A DNA stretch of 64,000 bases from Tubulanus polymorphus (Eukaryota; Animalia; Nemertea), in NCBI RefSeq assembly GCF_964204645.1, contig NC_134026.1:30662150-30726149 (forward strand). The letters run 5' to 3'. The translations under genes were made by a program, and so were the position numbers. Below, piece by piece: positions 53,300 to 64,000 of the stretch (its first letter is position 1; each line of letters begins with the position of its first letter). The notes under the pieces were generated by a model. That model worked only from the letters and a program-made list of their open reading frames with translations, was not told where the DNA came from and ran no database searches.

Positions 53300-56200
53300 C
53301 AACTGCAAACTAGACGCCCCACGATCCGATCGATAAATCTCATTTCTAACTGTGATTAATTATTTCTTCATTAATGTATCTTTGTACATATTCGATATGC
53401 GTGTAACTCACTTGTTTCGACATATTTCCAATTTTCCGCCCTTATTTATTTTTAACGTTGTATGTAACGTACATTCTATATACGTCGAGCCCCATTCTAC
53501 CGCTGAATACTGTCCAGACGACCAAACCAAAACGATCTATTTCTACTTGTCTGAACGAACGTCGGATGCAGCTTTGGTAATAACTAATACAGATCGGTAT
53601 AGCTTAATTAAAACATCGATTTTAATCCATCTTAAACATTGTATTGAAAGATTGCCAAAAAATCTTGTTTTACTCAAGTTGAATGGAGGAAAGATACTGA
53701 ACCGATGATTTAGTTATTTGCCTATCTGCTCTGGTAGTTTTAACATTAGCTCTGACTGGTCGCCCAACGTTCGTTCAAACAATCTGAAAAAGCCATTAGA
53801 CCCTAATGAAAATACCTCTTTGCACTCTATTACTTCGAAAATGTATTCACTCATGTCCTGTCTGTTCTATCCCACCCGAAAACCCACTTAAATACAGTTA
53901 ACAGAGATAATGGGACGTCTAGTTGTAAACACGAACGAAGATCGGTTTTTATTTTAAATCACTATTTATCAACAATCGTTAATACATCATCATCATTATT
54001 ATATCTATGGAAAAGAGCATTGTGATGTCTAACATTGTAACCGTTAGCAAAAATACAAATTAAAACCTCTCAGAGAAATCCTTTTTGACAATTCAACCAG
54101 CTATGTTATACTTTTATAAGAAAAAATAAACGGCTATATTCATGGTCAGGAGGAGTATATCCCATATTGGGGTGTGTTTTACTCACGAGCAATCATCTCA
54201 ACGATGATTGAGATGATTGCTCGTAAGTTTTATTAAGAGAAAACCGCTGTTTATGACATGAAATTATGCGTAGTTTTCGTTACACAGTAAGAATGCTTGT
54301 TGCTTGTCCGTCCCAGACTCTATTTGTATATATTCCCTATAAAACATTACAAAAAAGTCTGGATGTTGTGTCGTCGAAATGTGTACAAGATGGTGATACA
54401 TGGTTTTTGTGTTAGATAATATTTAACAAGTGCCAAAGTTGACTGAATAAATAGATACTGTCGAAATTCCTAAAGGATAATTATAACCCATATACACATA
54501 ATAAACATAGATCATTGAATTCTTATGTAAGATCTCCCGAGCATTTATCAACGATAAAATATGTATATTGGTTAAAATTTGAAGTGTCTGCATTTCACAA
54601 TTGATTGAAATAAAATCTTATGCCCGTCTTGTATCTGGATCCAGGACGCAATTACAAGTTTTTTTGTAACCGCCAGTCACGAGACTAAAAACGATTTCAA
54701 GTATTAAACTTTTAAACGAAAACCTGGTGCCACTGGATTCTGATTTTTGTTTCTAAAATCAATTCTGTTGTTGTATTGAGGTGATTGAGTTGTTTACTGT
54801 TTACGTGTGCGTAAAATGTTTATATGCTCATAATCTAATAGAAAAAACGCGTTCCTTAAAATCAATGATTAATTAAACACAATACGAGAAAATTTGTAAT
54901 TAATACACAAACAAACAAACATTTATAATATCTGTCAGTATGTGAATCATGTATATAAATATATGTAAATATATAAATATTGTCGTATTTTCATGAATGG
55001 GTATTACAGCTTATACGAAAGTTAAGATTAAGTTGTTCTTTCAATGTAACATGTTGAGACAACTTATGGTTTTCGTTGACGCTTTAAGCCTAACATTTTA
55101 ACATGTATAGTTGCGAATTTCCGAACTATCGTTCACGAGAGAATTCTGGGTAACCTTTCAGCAATCACCAGGTCAATTCCGGATGACCCGGACAATATCA
55201 GTCTAAACACCAATCTAGTAGTCCTTGGGTGCAGCACTCGGGCCAGTTGCGCGCGGTCTAATACCAACTCTGTTCTATGCTTAATACTTTAGATTTCAAA
55301 CTTCAGATTTAAGATCACATTTGGCTTTAAATCACGATTATGGAACTGGGCTCCTGAAAAGTGGACGACATAAACAAAAATTGGTAAAGGTTTCTTTGAA
55401 ATTCCAATTTCGTTTCCCATATTCACGTTAATTTCTAATCTTCTAGTCATCCATTCATAAAAAATGCCCATTCATTTGAAAACCAATTTGTCAACATCAA
55501 TCTCAACACTTTTAATTTGTGGTTATATAATAATTTTTGTGTATATATGTTTATGTATCAAAACGTTGTTATATGTAAAACAGTATGATATCTTCCTGTG
55601 TATATGAAAACCTGTTTATAAGTGATATTCCCTGATAAAAAGCTCTTCAACGATGCTCGTGTATATATTGTGTATATATTGATAATTTGTTTGAGTTGAT
55701 GGTGTAAATTTGAATGTAAATTTCCGTTATATTTTGCATAGTTTAACTTGCAATAAAAATTTAGTAAAAAAGATGGCTGCTTTTTGGTGTGTTAGTATTT
55801 GGTATCAGGGATTGTGTATCGTATTGTAATTACTCTACTCGATGTCACGGTCTATAATTAATGGAGTCTTCTTGCCGACAGTTTCTGTCCCCTGTGGCGC
55901 ATATAATCCACTATTTAAAGTAAAATGGATGTCGATAAGCTGTTATTTGTCACGTTAACAACCTGGCTTCTAGACTGTGAAAAAGATTGAATCGAATTTG
56001 ATCGAAGTGCACCCCAGAAACTGACTACTTATTTTAGGATGCTGAGCCGTGTATACGAAGGTCGTATCGTTCGAGTCACTAAACTCATTGATTCCCCTTT
56101 CACGAACAGTCTCAAGCTTAACAAGATTATTAGTCTGAGATGATTAATTTGCATTAGGTCTACATGATATCAACCACACCAGGATTCCGTTGCACAGTTG

Positions 56201-57766
56201 TTGGAGCGTGCAGAATCTAAAACAAAATCGTTTTTGCAGTTAAGTCTTGAGTTGAGATGAGTTCATTTTCAACGAGTTACCTCAGAATGTGATATATTTT
56301 GGATAGAATAGTTACTCAAGACTCAAAACTATTCAGAAACGACTTCACATTATGACTAGAATTAGTTCACCAGTCGTTTTTTACATATAGCTAGTACAAC
56401 CATCGATATTTTAAAACCACCGATAGATTGGTATGAATTCAGTACCCATCGTAGCATTACATATCATTATCATGGAAACACTCTCCAGAATTTAGAATTT
56501 ATACAATGCAACAAAATAGCGAACACGCCGAAAATATGTATACTACAGATTATTGGAATAACATTTGATAGCAAATCCGCAATAATCCCCGCCATAAGGT
56601 CCTAGGGAAATACATTATGACCGTAACAAGTACATGTTATCAAATTGTTCTACCCGATGACGTCAGTAGGAAGTGACGTCACTAAAGTCAACAGCGTGAA
56701 GCGCCAGTCAAGCGCGTCACTTTGCACGACGTCACCGTATATCCCATATTGAATTCATGAATTTCAGTCGAGCAGTTGAAACATCAGCCCGGTCAGCGTG
56801 GCCGATTGGAAGGCACGATCGTCTGTGAGACCCGAGGTTCGAGATCGAATCCCCGCAAGGTGTCCGACTTTGAGACGAAGCTCCGAGTTTACCCCACACG
56901 CTCAGCGTGACCACAATAACAACACAAATCCGATTTGAATTTTTGATTTGCTTTTGCAACTATTAAGAGCGTCCTATGGGGACATGACAATTAATCGATG
57001 AATCAACCCAATAATTCTAGCGTCATGGTGATCGAAGCAGATGTGAGATTCTTAAAACATTTGGCGATATTTCCGCGAGTCTTTTAGATATTGGTACCCA
57101 ACATTTTCAGCTCATTATCTGAATGGACGATGTAACACTTCATGGTTTGCTGATCGAGATACGACTGGAAGCACTGCTGCAGATGTAGTGCTCTCAAATC
57201 TATGACTTTACGGATGAGTCACTATTTTTCATTGAACGTATCGTAAATCTATACGCGGGGGTTCGAGAGAGTGGAGCAGTACAATGATCAGCTTTGATCA
57301 GTTACTGCAGGCGTAATATGTGATAACAAGCGAGATTCAATAGATTACTGTGTGTTTTCTACTAGATGCATATATAATTATATTGCTGATCTAAAGAGAG
57401 ATTTCTGTGAGTGATAAAATTCTATAAAGCAGCAGAGAGCAGCACAGACTCTGTATCTGCGATGCGTGGACGACTACACTGAATCTGTGACTGGTTACAG
57501 CAGAGTTTGGATTGACAGTCGCTGAAATAACGTGTGCGAGCACACCTTATGTCACCAGCACACGACACACGATGCGCAACATGTTACGCCAGTAAAGGCT
57601 GATATATTGTTTACGGATATTTATACGTATTATAGATTGGAAAATAGTAATTCATATTCGAACGAGAAAAGACAAACGCGTCGAATATAGCGAATACATA
57701 GCAAGTGATTTTCAACGTTATCTAAAAAAAGGATACGGACACCGCCTTTAGGATTATCCAGCCAGC

Positions 57767-58099
57767 ATGTCTGCCGAGTGGAGCAACGGTCTTTGTGGTT
57801 GTTTTACCAATTGTGGGTTATGTTTGACCACGTTTTTAGCGCCCTGTTACACGGCGGGTACGAATGCCGAAGCCGTCGGAGAGAATTGTCTGCTTTGTGG
57901 ACTGGTATTTTTCGTCCCGATCGCTAACATTATCTACCACACGAAAATCAGGGGTAAAATACGAGAGATGAAGGCAATAGGTGGCAGTGTGTTGGGAGAC
58001 TGTGTCACGTGTACTTGTTGCCCGTGTTGCGCTTTGGTCCAAGAAGCCCACGAAATAAAACACAGCGGATATTTCAAACAAACGATTATAAGGGAATAA
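57767..58099 (+). CDS. PLAC8/cornifelin-family cysteine-rich protein
   Basis: 110 aa; 'WSNGLCGCFTNCGLCLTTFLAPC', 'RGKIRE..IGGS..GDC...CCPCCALVQEAHEI' match the PLAC8 domain pattern. TATAAA at about 57423. Confidence 0.92.
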   Translation: MSAEWSNGLCGCFTNCGLCLTTFLAPCYTAGTNAEAVGENCLLCGLVFFVPIANIIYHTKIRGKIREMKAIGGSVLGDCVTCTCCPCCALVQEAHEIKHSGYFKQTIIRE

Positions 58100-58839
58100 A
58101 AAACGATGATGTTGATGAGGAAGAACTTTCATCATTTGCTGTTCTGCTTGGTGGGCTATAGGTGGTAAATGTACGGATGAATGGTTATTGGTTTTGTTTT
58201 CATTTTGTAAACCGCATGATGGCAGCTATAATTGTATTTATTTATCGTCGATTTGAGTTTCGAATGTTGGAATATATGGTAAAAGTAAATTGCTCATTTA
58301 TTCCGATTGGACAGATCGGGCAGAAGGGAGAACTATAAGATACTTAGAAGAAACAATGCAATGCAAGCATGGAATATATATTCAGGGTTATACGTCTCAC
58401 CGGAGAGAGTGGATTAATGAAGTTTGATGCAATGCTCAGTGCCTATATCAACAACGCGCTCTACCTCTCCACCATCAACATCAATAATCGGACGCCTTTA
58501 TTCTTTGTTATACAACGTTTATGTTCAGCAGGGAATGAATAAAAAAAACGTCATCTTCGTCCTGCGCTGCAGTATGTATATCACATTCAGGCGGCAAGAG
58601 ACTGTTGTCATGGTTACTGCCATGTCAGTACTCCACGTAACATTCTCAGATGAAACTAAACTCTGTGTCTAATCATCAGTTAGCTCAACACTCTACTCTT
58701 CCATTGTAATATCAATATGGATCCACTATAATGTAATTTGAATATCAGCAAAATGCAGCAATTTATAATCGATCACCGTACTGCTGATATCTTACAGTAC
58801 CGGTATGAAATCATGAAATCAATTGAACTGACACAACTA

Positions 58840-58921
58840 TCGGCAAGCACTGATTCGAACCTGGTGGATCGAGACGAGTCTTGCGATGCCACTAGGTTCG
58901 AATCCCTGCCAAGGGAGGATG
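58840..58921. mobile_element. Copy of the B-box foldback element
   Basis: gattcgaacctggtggatcg ... cgatgccactaggttcgaatccctgccaagggaggatg. Confidence 0.6.
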
Positions 58922-59330
58922 TTGAACTGATATCTCGTATAATACATTCGCGGAGTGTTCGATGGGTCTTAACTTGACGAAAAATCATTTTCCAAGAATA
59001 TTTCTCTCAATTAAATCATATATCATCTGTGTTGTAATCATTCGTAAATTCAGGGTTCGACCCTGGGGATCGCATGGTAATGGCTACGAAAGGGTTAAAT
59101 TCTCTCTTGACTATCTCCTTTATCATGAACTGCTATTCAATATTATAAACTTAGTTACGAAAGCTACAATCTGCCAAAACTATTCTTAATAAAAATATTG
59201 TAGTTTATGAAATATGTACGTCCAATTTTTCTGAGCTATACTGAGAGCCGTCCGTTCCGGGGTCCGTCCTCATCATCGCGAGGATTCACACAGAAAAGAG
59301 AAACGTTCCTTGGTAGATTATAGTTGTGTC

Positions 59331-60416
59331 TCATTTTAAATCGCAGAAATATTTGATTAGAAAAACTTGTTTCGCTTTTTTCCTGAATGCACCGTTCGTT
59401 GCACAGTAAATGAAGAAGTTTACAGACGAGTCTAAGACACTGAGCAAAATTCCAACTTTGCGCATGATCATCTTCTGCGCCCCTGATAGACCGTAACGTA
59501 AGCGATATGTATAATGCAAGTAATGTAACACGCGATCCAAAGATGCCGGAATTTCAAAAAGAAAATATGCAAAAACAATAAAAAGAACCATTTTTAATAT
59601 TTTGTAATGCGTAAATGTATTTTTAGTTTTATCGCCGGGAGCACCGCTCTCTTCTGAAAATAGTTTCTTTTGATTTCGTTTTCTGAACATCATTACTACC
59701 AATAAAGATAGATTCACCACAAATAATACGCTAAAAGGTACAAGAACGATCATGAAAATGTACGTAATGAACACAAAGTGATATTCCCCTTGAAAATCAT
59801 ACTGAAATGGTGTCCGAATCGTTTTTGCTCCGAAAGCTCCCATTGTAAATAGACCACGAAAACAACGATGTGTGGCCCTTCCAGGTAAACGTAATGGGAA
59901 ATAACGTGGCCAGTTAAAACCTGCGGAAACAAACGCATTAAAAACCGATAGACAGATTATTTGTTTCTTATTCCAGAATCGTCTAAAATACATCGGACTC
60001 GCGATGACTAAAAACCTTTCAAAACTTACGACAACCACTGTCCAATTTCTTGCCATTTGGAATGTGTAGAACAGTGGCAGTGCCCATATTATAATTTCAT
60101 GTCCAAAATACCAATCGTCGTAACGGCCAACAAATAACGGTTTTTGGGATTTTATCACACGTATTCGAAGCGGATAAAGTATAAACACTGAAAATGCGAA
60201 CAGAAAATCAAACGAGGCAAGAATTATCATGGTATGATATGTAGTGCGACCAATCCTTTGAAATATCGCGATCACTGCAGCGTTCAGAATCATTGCTAAA
60301 ACTGAAGCTGCTAAATATCCGTATGTGTAGATATTATAACTAAACAAGTGTTCCCATTTTTGCGGAGGAAGCACGCACTCGGGGACAGGAGTGGAAATGA
60401 CGGTTGTTAAATTCAT
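59331..60416 (-). CDS. Class A peptide GPCR, FMRFamide-receptor-like (intronless)
   Basis: 7 hydrophobic segments, 'ILASFDFLF', 'WTVVVVSFERFLVIASPM', 'FNWPRYF', 'DSSVNFFIYC'. The first in-frame ATG is at 60416 (MNLT, N-glycosylation sequon); the ORF-track start at 60470 is a GTG. Confidence 0.85.
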   Translation of the reverse strand: MNLTTVISTPVPECVLPPQKWEHLFSYNIYTYGYLAASVLAMILNAAVIAIFQRIGRTTYHTMIILASFDFLFAFSVFILYPLRIRVIKSQKPLFVGRYDDWYFGHEIIIWALPLFYTFQMARNWTVVVVSFERFLVIASPMYFRRFWNKKQIICLSVFNAFVSAGFNWPRYFPLRLPGRATHRCFRGLFTMGAFGAKTIRTPFQYDFQGEYHFVFITYIFMIVLVPFSVLFVVNLSLLVVMMFRKRNQKKLFSEESGAPGDKTKNTFTHYKILKMVLFIVFAYFLFEIPASLDRVLHYLHYTYRLRYGLSGAQKMIMRKVGILLSVLDSSVNFFIYCATNGAFRKKAKQVFLIKYFCDLK

Positions 60417-61068
60417 ACCGAGTTCACTGTATTTGACAGTCACAATTTGAATGAAGGTCTCTCCATTCACCGTTGCTGACTATTACTGATACCTCCGGTG
60501 TATTGCCATGTTATCAACTCGTATCTCTCGTAGTGGGTGAATGATAATTTCTTCATGTTTGCAGGGTATAATTTGTTTCACTAGTTCGATATATGCGAAA
60601 TATTTCACTCGTACTATTCAAAAGACTTAAAAATGCAAAGAATGAATTTCGAAATAACTCGAAAACGAAAGGTTTTGAAGTTGAATATCGAAAACAATAG
60701 CGTAGGCCAGACTTTAAACACGATACCGCTTTAGACAAATGGGAACTTGAACCGTACCGTATCAGAGTTCCGAGTGTAAACTAAAGAAATTTGAACTAAG
60801 GCTAAAAATGAAACTTTGTTTCTCCTAATTGGTCGCGTCATTTTGTGAACTGCAATAAATTTGATTTTAAAAGTAAAATGTACAATGTACAGTAAAACGG
60901 GTACAGGGTAAATAGGCGGCCGGCTGGGCCAACTTAGCAGAAATTAGAAACAAGGAAACAATTCTTCTTATGCTTATCTATGAATTGTGAAAAGAATTCT
61001 CACAGAAAGAGATGAAGATCCATTTCCCATAGAAAAAAAAAACAACAAACAATTTTCTATTTTTTAAA

Positions 61069-63964
61069 TTATTTCTTTCCCTTCTTTGTGGAAGAAGTTT
61101 TCTCTTTTCGTTTTTTAACATGTTTAGGTATTTTGATTTTTCGTTTTTCTCTTTGTTCTTCTTTCACTTGTTTTTTACGTTCCTAAAAAAAAAGAATAAA
61201 AAATAAATCAAATTACCACAATATTAAAAATCTTCAAAACTGGTATCTAAATAATTTTATAGAAAATATATTTTTCAACCTTTCTGCTATTTGGAGATTC
61301 ATCTCTTGGTCGGATATTTTTCGTATTTGAATCATTTTCATCACAGTCACTGTCTGTATGACTTCCATTCTCCTCTTCTGTCTCATCATCACCACTCAGT
61401 ATTTCATCTTCATCTTCGAGGACTGCTGGAGTCTTTCATGAAATGAAAATTGTATAATAATAATATTCTCACATTCATGATTAATATTCTTACATTCATA
61501 TACAATACAAGTCAATTGATAATAGATAATCTACTTCAGTAGAACACGTTTCATATGGATTATTTTTTACCAATAAAATTCATCCGTTTCATGAGAAATT
61601 CGCATCATACACTTTATACGACATACATTTATGAACTGGTAAGCACCACTGTAACAAATTCAAACGATCTGGATTCATAGGAGTCTCATGTGCCAGGATC
61701 AGATTCCACAGTTGTGAGTAAGATTAAACTCTGAGTTAAGATAAGTTCATTTTCCATGTCTTAACTCAAGAGTTATTTAACCTAGGAATCTTTGGAACCG
61801 GGTCCATGTTCAATAAAGTTCAGAATTGTTCTACAGAATTGGCAAAATCTTTAGAAGGAGTACGAAGTTTTTCTTACCTCTAAAGCACCTGTGAGATCGG
61901 GTTTTAATCCAGTTACTGTCTGATAATGAATCTACAACCAATCAAATAAATTATAAAGATACTGATTGACTGACTAATGAGCAATACAATAGTCAGGATA
62001 GATACTCACATCCTGATCATCACCTCGTTGAACTTTTTTCATATCCCTCTCAATATCAATGACTTCATCAAGCGTTCGAGGAATATAGGCTCGTTTAAAA
62101 ACCTAGAACAAAAATTCAACTACTATTACACCAACATCTTATTACTGTCAATCATGAGCAGTTGTTACAGTCCAACCTGGTTACAACGAAGTTCTGGGGG
62201 CAAAATAAAAACTTCATTGTATCCGATACTTCATTGTAAAGGTTGAAAAAAAATGATCTCGTTAAAACTGAAGGAATTAAAGGAAATAACGACTTTTTTG
62301 GCCGGGACACAGAAATTTATGAAATGTTATGAAATGTTATGAAATTTCACCTCTTCGTCAATTTTTTCCTGTTCTGTTACTTCCTCTACCGAGCGAGACG
62401 ACGCGATTACCATCATTTTCTCGATGTAATCTTCGATATTCTCGTCGGTAATCGTCATATCGGTGACGAAATCAAACAATTCTTTAACAGTCATCGTGCA
62501 GACGCCATATTTCTTGAAAAATTCTAATATCAGAAACCATCAGAAAACTACAGAGTTCATGAAACTATGAATCGTCAAATTAGCATCACAAATTGTCAAT
62601 GAAGTTTGACTGGAGAGTTGAAATTAGTTAATTTCCAATAGTTTAATCCTAGTGAAATATTAACCAAGGACTGGTGGAACTGAGTCCTGAAATGTATCAC
62701 TTCTCACCATTGATATTTGTGCAGTCTTTCCGTAAGAATTCTAAAGCGTGAGGATGATCATGTTCTACTGATTGAGACACGTCTATAAAATACACTTGAC
62801 CGTTATGATACCTGTTTAATAGAAAATCATCTTTTTTTATAGTCAGCATTTCTTTCATTTTTTTCTACCTGAGAACACATCATTACTTGTACTTACAATG
62901 AAGAAGTAAAAATTTGCAATGTATCACGAATAATGACTTGAGTCTCACACAACCCAAAATCAAAACAACAAAAAACTTATGGTATTAAAAATTTCGACAA
63001 ATTTAGATTTATCACATATTCGAAATTTTTTGTTTGACACAAAAACAACAAGAAATTTGTCATTTCCCTGAAAATAGTGTTAAGTGCAAATCGGAAAATT
63101 CGGATTTTTGATAAATTTCAACTTATTTAGGACTTGTTGATGTTTTGAATACCATAAGTTTTTCAGTGGTTAAGTTTGAGATGGTGGCAGGTGGTTTGGT
63201 GCGTTTTAGACGTTTATCTACTTACAATATATTGAATTCACTGAGATCAGCGTGGACTAGTTTAGCAACAGTGTACATCGTACGTAACAACTGAATACAT
63301 TGTAAATACAATTCTCTCGATTTCGACTCGCTGATATCAACGTCTTTCAGTTTCGGAGCTGACCATCCATCGTTTCCAATAAACGTCATCAGTAACACAT
63401 GACTTCGCAATAAAACCGGTTCCGGACACGGGATACCCGCTTGATACATCCTGAAGTATAAAAACAGAACTTATTCGAACACGCAACTGAGAAACTGTGA
63501 CTCATTAACATTGATTATAATGTACCTCGTTAAATTTCTCATCTCTTTTTCCGCCCAAGTTCTCACCATTTTACGTGGATTATGTTTACAGTATCCATGA
63601 CGAAATCTGAATTCACCGGTCACGTATTTATCCCTGTCTTTAAACACTAATATCGATGTCTTGTAAACCTAGAAAAATATTCAAAGCAATAAACAGTAGA
63701 CTGCGCAAGTTAACACAGAGACTGACTTAATTCCCCAATCCTTCATCAGAGTTTTGATGGAGTCAAATATAACTCACTTTTATGGCTAAATCTTGACCAT
63801 TTTTAGAAGATGCGTGATAGACATTCGCTTCTTTTCCGGTGCTGACGCAACCGTTTATTTCTGTGATGAATCCTCGGTTTAACATTTTGAATATAATCAT
63901 TCGAGTTCGTGGATCTAGAACCTGCTCAACAGTTGCGCGATCGGCTTTATCTCGACCGCGATTT
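61069..63964 (-). CDS. RIOK1: Serine/threonine-protein kinase RIO1, 3' portion (9 exons; 5' end outside window)
   Basis: Exons (-) 63778-63964, 63526-63668, 63226-63450, 62708-62811, 62351-62523, 62010-62102, 61878-61931, 61280-61432, 61069-61182, all GT-AG and phase-consistent. Motifs '[17 protein letters not shown]', '[11 protein letters not shown]', '[10 protein letters not shown]', '[22 protein letters not shown]', '[12 protein letters not shown]'. Confidence 0.96.
61694..61808. mobile_element. Copy of the ~100-bp palindromic MITE family (RIOK1 intron)
   Basis: caggatcagattccacagttgtgag...gagttaagat...tcttaactc...tggaaccgggtccatg. Confidence 0.65.
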
Positions 63965-64000
63965 CTACAATACAATTTCATAATTTTTTAACAAATAATT

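Noticed and set aside
60417-60470. N-terminal extension of the peptide GPCR in the ORF track
   Set aside because: It begins at GTG directly after in-frame stops; the ATG at 60416 is the plausible eukaryotic start.

Overview
AT-rich eukaryotic (invertebrate animal, probably lophotrochozoan; inference) genomic DNA with GT-AG spliceosomal introns. Six protein-coding genes are supported: (1) a 5'-incomplete GluN3-type NMDA receptor subunit (+, 4196-13337); (2) an orphan 3-exon two-transmembrane protein (+, 16540-21127); (3) an intronless 5-HT4-like aminergic GPCR (+, 52298-53299); (4) a PLAC8/cornifelin-family protein (+, 57767-58099); (5) an intronless FMRFamide-receptor-like GPCR (-, 59331-60416); (6) the 3' nine exons of RIOK1 (-, 61069-63964). 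About 30 kb (21.3-51.5 kb) lacks convincing intact CDS and carries MITE-like foldback elements, simple repeats, Penelope-type minimal hammerhead motifs and possible decayed gene fragments. The main finding is a pair of homologous, same-phase, mutually exclusive exons (8455-8597 and 9430-9557; the second is absent from the ORF track). They encode alternative versions of the S2 lobe of the NMDA receptor ligand-binding domain, one GluN1-like (SAVD) and one GluN3-like (SAAE) at the agonist-contacting helix, with a strong hairpin between them. All exon models were built by hand from splice sites, phase and remembered homology; no searches were run.
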